Below, piece after piece: positions 15,853 through 28,772 of a stretch of 64,000 nucleotides of DNA. The stretch comes from the human T2T-CHM13v2.0 reference genome, Homo sapiens. Below the pieces are notes generated by a model. It did no database searches, had not been told where the DNA came from, and saw only the letters and a program-made list of their open reading frames with translations. Location of the stretch: assembly GCF_009914755.1 (NCBI RefSeq), contig NC_060946.1; one strand, 5' to 3'. Each line of letters begins with the position of its first letter. The first letter of the stretch is position 1. A program made the translations under genes and the position numbers.

Positions 15853-16925
15853 TCCCTGTGGTTTTCATCAGCATTTCTCTGATTCGGGTAAGGCATCCTC
15901 CCAATTGTAGAATGACCGCCCTTTTTTCCTCTTCTACTACACCTGCCCAATCTCCTGGCTCCCGTAGGAGCTAACCAATCTCCTGGCTCCCATAGGCGAA
16001 GGCTGTTGACAAGATGGTTTCATTCTGAGGAACAAAGGATGTGTCCACAGGGGAACCAGGTGGCCACTGCTGTGTAGACTCTGCGTGCAGCTGCTGCATC
16101 TGGAGATCCCAGGTGAGGCAGGCCCACTGGCCCCGGGGAGAAAACGCAGGACAGGGCATCTTCCCAGTTCACAGCCTCACCCCCAGTAACAACCACCCCC
16201 TGCAATGAAACTGCACTTTGGGCTCAGAAAACATTTCTTCCAGCTTTGTCCCTTTCCAGCACCCCTAGACCTCGCTGCCACGTGGCTCAGGCAGCTCCAG
16301 CTGCAGCCCCCTAAGGGTAGACCACATCTGGTTCATTCTCTCCTGCACCCACAGTGCTTGGCAGAGATCTAGAGTGTGGAGGATCCTCCTGCTGGCTTGG
16401 GGGCAGTGGGGTACAGGGAGGAGGTGCCATCTGGGGGCTGCCTCTCTGAGCAGCCCTGGTCCTTTGGTATTGGCGGCCTGATGAACACAGTGGCCAAGGC
16501 CAAGTTCACGTGTGACACCAGGGAAAGAGCAGCCAACACTCCAGAGGCTGTCGTGGTCTCTGACAGGCACCCGAGGTCGTGCAAGGGCACTCAGGAGGCA
16601 GTCTTAAGGACAGGCGGGGCTGCAGGACTGCCAGCCCCCTCCCAGCCATAGGAAGGCAGACCCTGACCCCTTCCTGCAGCCCCTGGAGGGCAGCCAGTGG
16701 CAGAAAGGAAAGGTTGTCTCATGTCTGCCCAGTGTCCTCCCCAGCCTTCTCCAACTCTGGCCTGTGACGTGCCCAGCGCCGTGGCAGCTGTGCCTCTCCC
16801 CTCTTGGCTCCTCCAGCTCCTTCCCTGCTCAGAGGGAGACTTGGTGTCCATGACTATCTCCATTTACCGGCTGTGTGTGCTCAGACACTTTAAGCTGTGC
16901 CCAGTTTATGGTGTTTGGGCTTTCA

Positions 16926-17315
<390 letters not shown>

Positions 17316-20076
17316 CTACGAGGCCACTGCATTTACTCCATTTGCGAAGCTGTGCAACCACCACCCCTGCCAAGTTCCAGGACATTTTCACCACTCCAAA
17401 AGGAGCACTGGTTTCTTTCTGCAGGATGTCAGCATGTCTGGCCCCCAGTGGAAGATCTGGACTCCTGGAGGACAGGTTCAGGGTCTCAGGTGTCTCTATC
17501 TACACCTCAGACTGGCTTGCAGTCACTGCTCACCCACGCTGAAGTAGGTAACATGTAGCGATGTGGACACACGGTTCCCAGAGTCTCCTGAGTGTATGTC
17601 CAGCACCCTGCAGGGTTACCGGGCATCACCACACAGGGCGTCCACACTGCAGACCTTGGAGGCCCAGGGATGCAGCACAGGCCACATCTCAGGGACAGAG
17701 CCAGCCCATAAGTAAAACCCAGTGAAGGGGGTCTGGAGGAGCTGTGTGTGATAAAGATTGGAAAAGGGATGAGTGGTACGAAGGAAGCCACTGCCATCAG
17801 AGGCAAATTCAGGGCAGCTGCGAAGCTTCCAAATCCGTACAAGTCAAGCCACTGCCTCCCCCAAGACCGCAAAGTCACTTTCCACACAACACAAGTGGGT
17901 GCTGACACCTGTGTCTCTTCCAAGGGACAATTAGCTGTCACTCAGCCTTGAAAACAAGGCCAGGGTCCTCTGCCCGCCCCAGGAAGCCGAGCCCCTTCAC
18001 AAGGGTAACATGCCCTCTCCGTCTAACCCGGGACCAGGAAGCAGCATCTGTCACCCAGCACTGCCGCCCAGAGTCATCACACAGCTAATTACTGCTAATT
18101 GTAATATCGTTTCTGTCTTGCTGCTAATACATTTAGACTTGCTAATCAAATCAAACCATTCCACCTTGCTGTGCTGCTTTCAAATAAACATTTCTGCAAA
18201 ACGGGAAATAAATAAGTCCCAAGCTTTGTTCTCTTCTCCGGAGCTGCTGTCTGCAGAGACTTAGGGTAGGGCGTGGGGGTTGCCGTGTCTCTGGGACCAA
18301 AGGCATAGAAGAAGTCTGATGAGGAAACGGCCTTTATGTCCAAAGCTTCCCATCAGGTTGGAGAAAGAGGGAGACAGAGGGGAGGAGAGGAGAGACCTAG
18401 AGACTGGGAGGGAGAGGGAGGAGGAGGCAAGAAACTGCCCTAACTGAGCGGCATGATCTGTTCAACACTTTCCCTGTGTCATCTCTACCCTCCTCGGATA
18501 CTGTCTCCAGCAGCCCCTGGCTGGGCTGGTAGCTCCTTCTCGTGACCCCCTCAGACCTCTGCACTCCCCGCCTCACTCACCAAGTTGGAGTTTACTGATC
18601 TGTCTGCAGATCTGGCTATGGTCTTGAAGGTGGGGACCCTGTGCTGTCATGAACCCAGCACCTCACCCAAGGCCTGGCAGGCAGCAGGTGCTCAGGAAGC
18701 CCTGGCTCAATGAACAGGCTAATGATCAGGGAAATGTGACTTTCCTGATTCTGCAGATGAGGAAACCAAGACTCAGAGATGCTAAGTGACTGCCTAGCAT
18801 TTGTGCATCAGTGAAGAGTGGACCTGAGAATTCGTTCCTGGCTGGACAAGCCCTTCACCTGTGCTCTCTCAGAAAGGAGGGGAGGGAGGGGACACTGGCT
18901 TTTCTGTGCCCCTTAACAACAGCTACACGGGGACCAACAAAGAAATGTGACAAGCTACAGCGGCACGCAGGTGTTCTGCTCAAGGACACGCTGGGATGAC
19001 TCTCAGAGTTCTGGAATGGAAACTGACAAAAGGTTGACCATGAAAAGAAGGTAACAAAAGTGTATCCAGTTACTATGGCAACCCAGCTGAAGAACTGGCT
19101 GGTGCCTGCACACGTACCCCACTGCTGAGAAAGGGGCTCGTGCCACCCTAGGGCCAGGGGGTTGCAGGACTTCCCAGCCCCAGCCCTCGGCTGCCTCCCG
19201 TTGCCTTGGCAAATGCGGTTTCCCCATCACCCACCAGCCCCGAGGGAACGGGGATGTGGCGGTGGAAACAGCGCTGGGCTAGGGGGTCATGGCACACAGG
19301 TTCTCTCCTGGTTCTGCCAGGACTGGCCCAGACTAAGTCACTTCTCCATTCTCAGCCTCAGTGTTTTTTTTTCAGATGAGGGGAACCCGGTGTCCCTGCC
19401 GCCTCTGCTGCCTATCAGCTTCTGTGTATCTCACTGCAGGAGTGAATGAGTGAGTGAATGACCCAGTATGAGTACTTTGCAAAGGCTGATCTGGGGCAGG
19501 GAGAGAGAAGAGGAAAGACGACAAGATCATGACTGAGCATCCACTTGGGGCAGGCACACCCTTGCCATCACCTACGTGCAACCCTGGGGAGCTGGCACTA
19601 CCAAACCCTTCCACAGATGAGAAACCTGGGGCTCGGAAAGTCATCCGATTACCCTAAGAGGGCACAGGCCAGCCAGCCAAGTCTGCAGGACTCTAAGCCC
19701 GTGTCCTCCCCACTCCTCCACAGGCCCAAGTGCTCGGCGGGTCCTAAGCAAACTCCCCCATGGGCTCACATCTCGCAGCCACTGCTTCTGCCCAAGCAAG
19801 AGACGCACATAACCAAGAAGCCAGAAGCTCAACTCCCGTCAAATGAGGCTGTCGATTTTAATTAATTTCAGACTTTGTGTGTTTCTGGCAATTATTTGTA
19901 ACAAGGTTTACAGAGGGCATTTAAAATTAATGGTGATTTTTATCTGGAAATCATTGATTATTTTTAAGTAGCTCATTAGGGGTGAGTGTGTATTACGGGA
20001 GCAGCAGGCTCTGTCAGGAAGGAGGCACCTGGGGCTACCAGGAGGAGCCAGAAGAAGGAAGACGTCTGAACTGTGA

Positions 20077-20433
<357 letters not shown>

Positions 20434-21187
20434 AGGCAAAACCGGGGGAAATCTAGTGAATGACCTAAAACGGGAAAGCGAGTTGGGCTCCTCTTGCTTC
20501 TCACCCATTGACCTGCAGACATGTTGGCATGTTTGCTGCCGCTGGTGGCTCTTAGGGAGGTCCAGCTGTCCCTAGCCACTTGGCCCAGGGGAACTCACTA
20601 CCTCAGGCAGAGGCTTCAGCATGAACCCCCACTAGTGGCAAAGGCCCTGAGGAAACCGGAACAAAGACTGCAGGGAGGGGTCCCTGTGGGCATCAGCAGA
20701 CAAGCCTGGAAGAGCTGGGCCCTGGGCCGTCGCAAACACCACACCAAAGGGCAGGCGAGGGAGGCTTAGCACATCATCTTCTGTACTTTTTGTATTTTTT
20801 AAAAGTATTTTAAAAGACATAAGTTTGAAAATCTACCCTAAGAAAAACCAATGCAGATGAAGAGAAATGTCTAAACACCAATCACATAAAATGTTAAATG
20901 GAAACAATCTAACATCACAGACCGTTTACAAACTGCTACAGTTTTTACTTCCTGCTTTTTACTCAGAGGATTAAACTCCAGGGTAGTCCTCTGAATTATA
21001 ATAAAACCACTAATATTTGCATAAGCCTTTATAGCTGATACAGATATTATTTCCATTTTGCAGGTGGGAAAAGGGAAGTTTGGGGAGATTCCATGCCCAA
21101 GTATTCAAGGCATGTACTCTGAGGAACTGGAGCTGGGCCCCTTTCCGACATGCCGATGTCCTCAATCTTTCCCAGAGGTTAGCAAGG

Positions 21188-22193
21188 CATGACAGCCACC
21201 GCCATCATCATTGGCATCATCACCACCATCATCACTATCATCATCATCACCATCACCACCACCATCACCATCATCATCACCATCATCACCACCATAACCA
21301 CCATCACCATCATCATGATCACCATCATCATCACCACCATCACCACCATCATCACCATCACCACCACCATCACCACCACCACCATCATCATCACCATCAT
21401 CACAACCACCACCATCGTCACCACCATAACCAACACCATCACAACCACCACCATCACCATAACCATCACCACCATCATCACCATCACCACCACCATCATC
21501 ACCATCACCACCACCATCACCATCACCACCATCACCACCATCATCACCACCACCACCACCACCACCATCACCATCACCATCACCACCACCATCACTACCA
21601 TAACCACCATCACCATCATCACCATCATTACCACCATCATCATCACCATCACCACCACCATCATCACCACCATCATCACCATAACCACCACCACCATCAC
21701 CATAACCATCACCACCATCATCACCATCACCACTACCGTCACCATCACCACCACCATCACTACCATCACCATCACCACCACCATTATCACCATCACCACC
21801 ATCATCACCACCATCACCACCATCATCACCATCACCACCACCATCACGATTATCACCATCACCGCCATCATTACCACCATCATCACCATCACCACCACCA
21901 TCACCACCGCCACCATCATCATCACCACCACCACCATCACCAGCGCCACCACCACCATCACCATCACCACCACCACCATCACCATCACCACCATCATCAC
22001 CATTATCATCACCATTGTCACCATTATCACCATCATCACCATTATCACCATTATCCTCACCATCACCACCATCACCATCACAACCACCATCATCACCATC
22101 ACAACCACCATCATCACCACCACTACCACCATCATCACCACCACCATCACCATCACCACCCTCATTACCACCACCATCATCATCACCATCACC

Positions 22194-22224
<31 letters not shown>

Positions 22225-22231
22225 CCACCAC
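21188..22231. repeat. About 1.04-kb mixed (CAC/CAT)n trinucleotide tract
   Basis: Continuous cac/cat triplets; explains the poly-His, poly-Thr/Ile and Met/Val ORFs. Confidence 0.97.
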
Positions 22232-22314
22232 AAAAGGGCCAGTAAGAGCTGAAGAAGCATGACCTTCACATCTTTCCATCTGGTCGGGTGGCCAGGGAAA
22301 AGGTTAACCTTACC

Positions 22315-22460
22315 CAGAGCCTTGGTTCTCAAACTTCAGGGGATCCCGAATCTTGTGGGAAGCATGTTACACACAGACTCCTGGACCCAGTGGTGGATTC
22401 CCCAGGTATGGGGAGGCACCAGGCTTCCGCAGGTGAACAGAGCTCGGGGATTCAGGTGCA
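22315..22460. mobile_element. MER5B-like fragment
   Basis: ggttctcaaacttcag...gaagcatgtta...acagactcctggacc. Confidence 0.45.
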
Positions 22461-23329
22461 GTCAAGGGGCTGGCTCTGAGGGCCCCTGTGCAAAGCCTGG
22501 CAATGCCGTAGCTGGAGGCACATCTGAGAGTTAAACACCTGCTCAGCATGAGAATGAAAGTGCGTGACATACATGCTTATTTGTATTTCAATCCTGCTCT
22601 GTAAGTTATTAATTTAATTTGTAAGGTGATAGGACTGCTTATCCTGTTATTTCATGGAAAGCTTTATTTTTCAAGAAAAGTCACATTAGGACTGTTTTCT
22701 ATTCCTGTTATTTCCTTCCAGAACCTCGGCATTTCCCGCTGGTGGCCAACACAACTACAAGCCCTGCAGAAGAGGAACGGACGGCACCCTGGGCCTGACC
22801 TGAGATTTGTCAGACCTATCAAGTGATGTCACAAAGACTCTGCAAAAGCAACAGGAGGTACTAGCCCCTGGAAAATGCTACCTGAGTGTCAAGGTCTTTA
22901 AAAGTGATGTTGGCAACCCTGTGGGTTTTCTGTTATCCTGTTAACTCTGCAGGGGGTTGTCAGCAGGGCATCCTCCAGGAACACAAGGAACTTCACTGCT
23001 GGGGTATCGACTTCAGTGACTAGGACTTCGAAAACTTTTTGCTCCTGCTTTAAACACACACAAGCATCTTGTCTTTAAGAACATAATCTAACAGCAATAT
23101 CATTTACAGTTTGTAAATAAATGTAAATTTATCATTTACAAACTTCCACACCCACTATTTATTCATTAAAATTTTACTGTTGCACACCTGAACCTCTTGT
23201 CAGAACAGAGAGGACTTTCACTACCTCCATTTTACTAAAGAGGAAACTGCAACTCACAGGGTCTGATTTGCCACCAAGTAGCAAGGCCAACACTTGCAAG
23301 CTCTAGCTCATGATACATGAAGAAGTCAA

Positions 23330-23553
23330 GGCCCAGCCTAGGCAACAGTGAGACCCTGTCTCTAACAAAAAAATTAACTGGGTGTGGTGGCTCACGTTTG
23401 CAGTCCCACTTATGGGAGGCTGAACCAGGAGGATCGCTGGAACCCAGGAGTTGGAAGTTGCATTGAGCCATGATTGCATCACCGAGCTCCACCCTGGGCA
23501 AGAAAACAAGACCCATCTCTCAAAAGAAAAAAAAAAATGAAGAAAAAAGAAAA
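23330..23553 (+). mobile_element. Partial Alu (J-type, 5'-truncated)
   Basis: End of left arm, linker, right arm and A-tail. Confidence 0.8.
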
Positions 23554-23689
23554 ACAACTCTAGTCTCTGTTCCCTCCACTGTGGAGATAATATGGGAGAT
23601 AATATTTCCTCACAGGGATGTGTTGTGATGGCAAAGCAACATGGAAAACACTTTTACTCACCATAGGAGGTGGTCAGTAAATGACAGCT

Positions 23690-24345
23690 GCCATGACCAC
23701 CACTGATGTTATCACCGTAGCTATCAACACCATCACCATCACCATCACCATGGGCACCACCGCCACTACCATCACAATGATCACCATCACCACCACCATC
23801 ACCAGCAGCACCACCACCATCACCATGAGCACCACCATCACCATCAGCACCACCACCACTACCATCACCATGATCACCATTATCACCAACACTATGACAA
23901 CCATCCTCATCACCATCACCATGACAACCATCACCAGCAGCAGCACCACCATCACCATCAGCACCACCACCACTACCATCACAATGATCACCATTATCAC
24001 CATCACTATGACAACCATCCTCATCACCACCATCACCATGACAACCATCACCAGCAGCAGCACCACCAACACCATGAGCACCACCATCACCATGAGCACC
24101 CCCATCACCAGCAGCATCACCGCCACTACCATCACAATGATCACCATTATCACCATCATTATGACAACCATCATCACCACCATCACCAGCAGCACCATCA
24201 TGAGCACCACCGCCACTACCATCACAATGATCACCATTATCACGACAACCATCATCACCATGACAACATTACCAGCAGCACCACCACCATCACCATGACA
24301 CCCATCACCAGGAGCACCACCATCACCATCCTCATTACCACCTGC
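23690..24345. repeat. About 650-bp degenerate (CAC/CAT/CAG)n tract with higher-order units
   Basis: Triplet-phased. The block cactaccatcacMatgatcacc recurs at 23764, 23857, 23971, 24124 and 24214. Confidence 0.93.
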
Positions 24346-24692
24346 ATCCGCATGATCCAATCCAGATGCATCCAGAGGTCCTTTCTTGAGGGTAAGGAGA
24401 TGCTCCAGGCCTTGGGTCTTGGTGGATGGGCTGGATCTTATTTCAAAAAAAAAAAAAAAAAAAAAAGGGCAACCCAAGCAGGATAGCAAAGGCTCAGTGA
24501 CCCCCACATGTTTAGTATGTCTGGGAAATGGTCTGCAGTTTTGAGTCAGGAGATGAGACTGAAGAAAGGATTTGAGGCCAGATAATAAAAGCCCCCATCT
24601 GTCCACTGCAACAGTCTTGAATTTTATTCCTCAAGTTACCGGCTTCTACATTGTGCTCGCTGGAGCCCCAGATGCCTCCCACATGCCAGTGT

Positions 24693-24882
24693 TCCTGGAG
24701 CTGGGGAGAGGGCAGGTGAAGGTCCTGGAGTTGGGGGTCCTGGAGCTGGGGAGAGGGCAGGTGCAGGCGGGGTCCTGGAGGTGGGGGGAAGGCAGGTACA
24801 GGTGGGGTCCTGGAGATGGGGAGACAGCAGGTGCAGGTGGGGTCCTGGAGCTGGGGAAAGGGCAGATGCAGGTGGGGATCCA
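24693..24882. repeat. About 35-bp G-rich minisatellite (about 5 copies)
   Basis: cctggagctggggagagggcaggtgcaggNggggt units. Confidence 0.85.
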
Positions 24883-26097
24883 GGCCCCTGCCCCAGCTCC
24901 AAGCAGAGCAGCTTGTCTATCAGATTCATACCTCGAGAGAGGCTAAGAAGACATTAGAAACTTCTGCCATTGGCCAAGGAGAATGAAAGTTCGTGTTTAC
25001 GCACAGAAGAGTAACATAAAAGGCTAGCTAAACTTGAGACAAACAACTTTGGTCACGGTGTAGTGGACAGAGGCTGGGAGTAAAGAGACCAGTCAGGGGG
25101 CTGCTGTAATATTTCCGGTGAAAGCTGCTGAGGGGTGAATGAATAGTGGCAGAGGTAGGAAAAAATAATGAAAACATTGGCATGGAGGTGACATTGGCAA
25201 GATGAGGGTGGGAACTAGCAAAGAGGTGAGAAGGAAGGCCAGTGGGACCCCCGGGGAGACCAATGTTTCTAAAGCCAGCAGCAGAAGGTAACGGCCAGGC
25301 TGAGAGGCACCAGGACCTAAGCTAAGCTGTAACAGCCACGGTTCTGCTTCACACTTCCAGGTCTACAAGGCGTGCACTCAGATCACCTCATCTTGCATGT
25401 GAGCACACAGCGGTGCAAGGGTGCTTAATAACAGGCTCAAGCTTACGAAACTAACAAGGGTCCAACGTGGGACCTGAGAGGTGAAGTTGGGGAGGCTGTG
25501 CACAGGGTTAGAGCTCAGAGGAAGAAATCCCATGGTCCTCTGACCACCCAGAGCACTGGCAGCCACCACCTGTGGTCATTACATCCGGACCCCAGCTGTT
25601 CCTCATGGTGACAAGGAACCTCTTGAGGGCAGGCATTGAGGTTTACGGTTCTTAAATCCATGGAGCCCCCAACACTCTCTCGTCTCCTCTCTCTCTCTCT
25701 CTCTCTCCTCTCCCCCTCCCCCTTCCTTCTCTCTATCTCACCCTTCACCCCTCATTGGCTATCAGGCCATAGATTATAAAGGTCTCCCCCAGCGGGTGGG
25801 TAGATGGGATGGAAGAACAGGAACTGACGGATCCCAAAATAAGGTGGGCCACCCTGAAGATCCACGTTGTCCAGACCTGGAGTGGACTTGCTTTGGAGAT
25901 AGTGAGCTCCCCGTCACACAAAGAACTCAACCAGTAAGAATGACTAACAGGGAATCCCTGGAGGATTTGGTCAGCGTCTGTCAAACTTATTTAGGAAGCA
26001 GAGCCTAGGGAGAACATCTTTGTGGAATACCATGAACTAATATTTCATCCCATGATACAATCAAGGAAAAACTTTACTGTAGAAAATATCACTTCAA

Positions 26098-26385
26098 GGC
26101 GAGGCATGGTGGCTCACCCACGCCTGTAATCCCAGCACTTTGGGAGGCTGAGGCAGGAGGATGGCTTGAGCCCAGGAGTTCAAGATCATGACCTGGGCAT
26201 CATAGTGAGACCTCGTCTCTGCAAAAAATAATTAGACGAGTGTGGTAGCATGGGCCTGTTGTCCTAGCTACTCAGGAGGCTGAGGTGGGAGGATTGCTTG
26301 AGCCCTGGAGGTCAAGGCTGCAGTGAGCTAAGATCATGCCGCTGCACTCCAGCCTGGGTGACACAGCAAGACCCTGTCAAAAGAA
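26098..26385 (+). mobile_element. Alu (AluJ)
   Basis: Dimer with J diagnostics. Confidence 0.88.
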
Positions 26386-26684
26386 AGGAAAGGGAAAGGA
26401 AAAAGGGAAATAGAAGGAAGAAAAAAATATAACTTCATCTTAGCTGCATGTGAAAAAAATGACTAGAAGTCCACCAAAGTCTTCAAAATAGTCATAACCA
26501 ACTGTAAATTTGTGTCTGATGCTTATTATCTCATTTTGTCCTCTGCTAGAACCCAAGAACCAAAGATGTAGGAAATATGAATGCCAGGGAAAGAAAAGTT
26601 TAATTGAGAAAGGTCTGCAGATTGTGTCTTTTTCCCTGCACATCGAGAAAAAAGCATTGTGGAAGTTTAGCAATGGCATATGCT

Positions 26685-27032
26685 GTGGTCATTTTGGGGC
26701 TGCTACACCAAAAGATTAGACTGGGTAATTTACAAACAACAGGAGTCTACTGCTCACAGTTCTGGAGGCTGGGAAGTCCACGTGGAGGGCCCCAGCAGAT
26801 GGCAGTGTCCGGTGAGGGCTGCTCTCTGCTTCAAAGATGGTGCCTGGCTGCTGTGTCCTCACGAAGGCAGACAGACACCCTCAGCCTCTTTTATAAGGGC
26901 ACTAATCTTATTTATGAGGGTGTAGCCCTGGGGACCTAATCACCTCCCAAGGCCCCACCTCCTAATACCATCATCTCGGGGTGAGGTTTCAAGGTATGTA
27001 CTTCAAGAAGGGCACAGCGTTCAGGCCTTGGC
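26685..27032 (-). mobile_element. MaLR solo LTR (MLT1A/MST-like)
   Basis: agactgggtaattta...ctcacagttctggaggctgggaagtcc...ttttataagggcactaatc...cctaatcacctccca. Confidence 0.8.
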
Positions 27033-27494
27033 TACCTAACTCTCCGCAGCCCATGGCAGGCTGGCGGATCACAGGACCATAGTCTGAAGGGCCACAGATA
27101 AAGCAGCCTGGTCAGGAGACCTCAGGGAACTCTTCACATGGATGTTCCTCAAACCCCGGACTCAAGGAACAAGTTGGCGGTGGCGGTGCTGTGCGAGTGA
27201 TGAGAAGGGCTCTAGGAAGCTGCCTCCAATCTCAGCTTGGCCTCCTCCAAAGAAAACGCTGGATTTTATTTGTGGGTGCCCTGGAAAAGGCCCACCAGCC
27301 CTCAAACCTCGCTTTTTAAACCCATGAAACGTGAATCCAACGGGTTAATGTAAGTGGCAATGCCCAATACCTCAAGATGCTGCTACACAAATGTTAGTTG
27401 TTGTTCATGAATGAGGAACGAGGAAATCAGTCCCCTGCTCACTAATCATCCTGAGAGAGAGAGGAAAAAAGAAAACACATCACTATAATAATAG

Positions 27495-27826
<332 letters not shown>

Positions 27827-28209
27827 GTGAGCTACATTTTTAACGTCCACGTGTTTAACGCCAATGCAAATCTCTAACAGGAGAATTCCTTTTGAGCACA
27901 GGCACGCTCTTCATAAAGTGCACGCCGAAGGGGCCAACGGGCTCCGTGAATGCTGCCGCTGCCTCCACTTCCACCCATGCCCGTGTCCCCTGGGCAGAGG
28001 CCTACTAGGGGCTGGGGGAAGCCAGCAGAGAGGCACTCAAATTCCCTGGCAGGATGTGATATCAAAACCATGGCTCCCACAGTCATGGACACAGGTTTGA
28101 TGGAACACGGTCACCCCTGGACTATGCCCCCAGAGGATGACACAGGCAACCAACCCTTCAGGCTTCTCTCCACTGAGGGTTTGCCCAGGAAGAAAAGCAC
28201 AAGTCCCAT

Positions 28210-28772
28210 CCATCAATTCCACTTCTGCATAGATACCCAAATGAATGGAAGGCAGGGACTCAAACATATTTGCACACCCATGTTCCTAAGAGCTTTATTC
28301 ACAACAGCCAAGGGGTGGAAGCAAGGCAAACGTGCATTGACGGATGAATGGTAAACAGCACGGAGTACGTGCAAGCAGTGGAATAACGCACAGCCTGAAA
28401 AAGGAAGGAAGTTCTGACGCACGCTACAACATGCGTGAATTACGTTGAGTAAGAGTATATTACGCTAAGTGAAAAAAGCCAGTGGCAAAAAGATAAATTC
28501 AGTATATTGCGCGAAGTGAAAAAAGCCAGTTGCACAAAGATAAATACTCTGTGATTCTAAGTAAGATGCCGGCTACCAGGAGCCTGGGGAGGAAGGAATA
28601 GGAGTAATTGTTTCATGGGTACCAAGTTGCAGTTTGGGAAGACAAGGACATCTGGAGATGGATGGTGGTGATGACTACACAGCGTGAATATATCTAATGT
28701 TGCTAAACTGGGCACTTAAAAATGGTGAAGACGGTAAGTTTTATGTTATGTCCATTTTGCTGCAATAAAAAT
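28210..28772 (+). mobile_element. L1MB-like 3' end
   Basis: acacccatgttc...ttattcacaacagcca...tggagatggatggtggtgatg...cacttaaaaatggt...caataaaaa. Confidence 0.8.

Noticed and set aside
15947-15996. ccaatctcctggctcccRtagg repeated at 28-bp spacing
   Set aside because: Tiny local duplication with no further support for function.
21080-22279. 390-aa poly-His, 357-aa Thr/Ile and 366-aa Met/Val ORFs
   Set aside because: Stop-free by-products of the CAC/CAT repeat; no splice or promoter support.
24445-24467. Orphan poly-A run of about 22 nt
   Set aside because: No recognisable retroelement body or TSD; treated as a simple mononucleotide repeat.
23674-24606. 310-aa and 205-aa mucin-like or hydrophobic ORFs
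   Set aside because: Translations of the second triplet tract plus a poly-T run.
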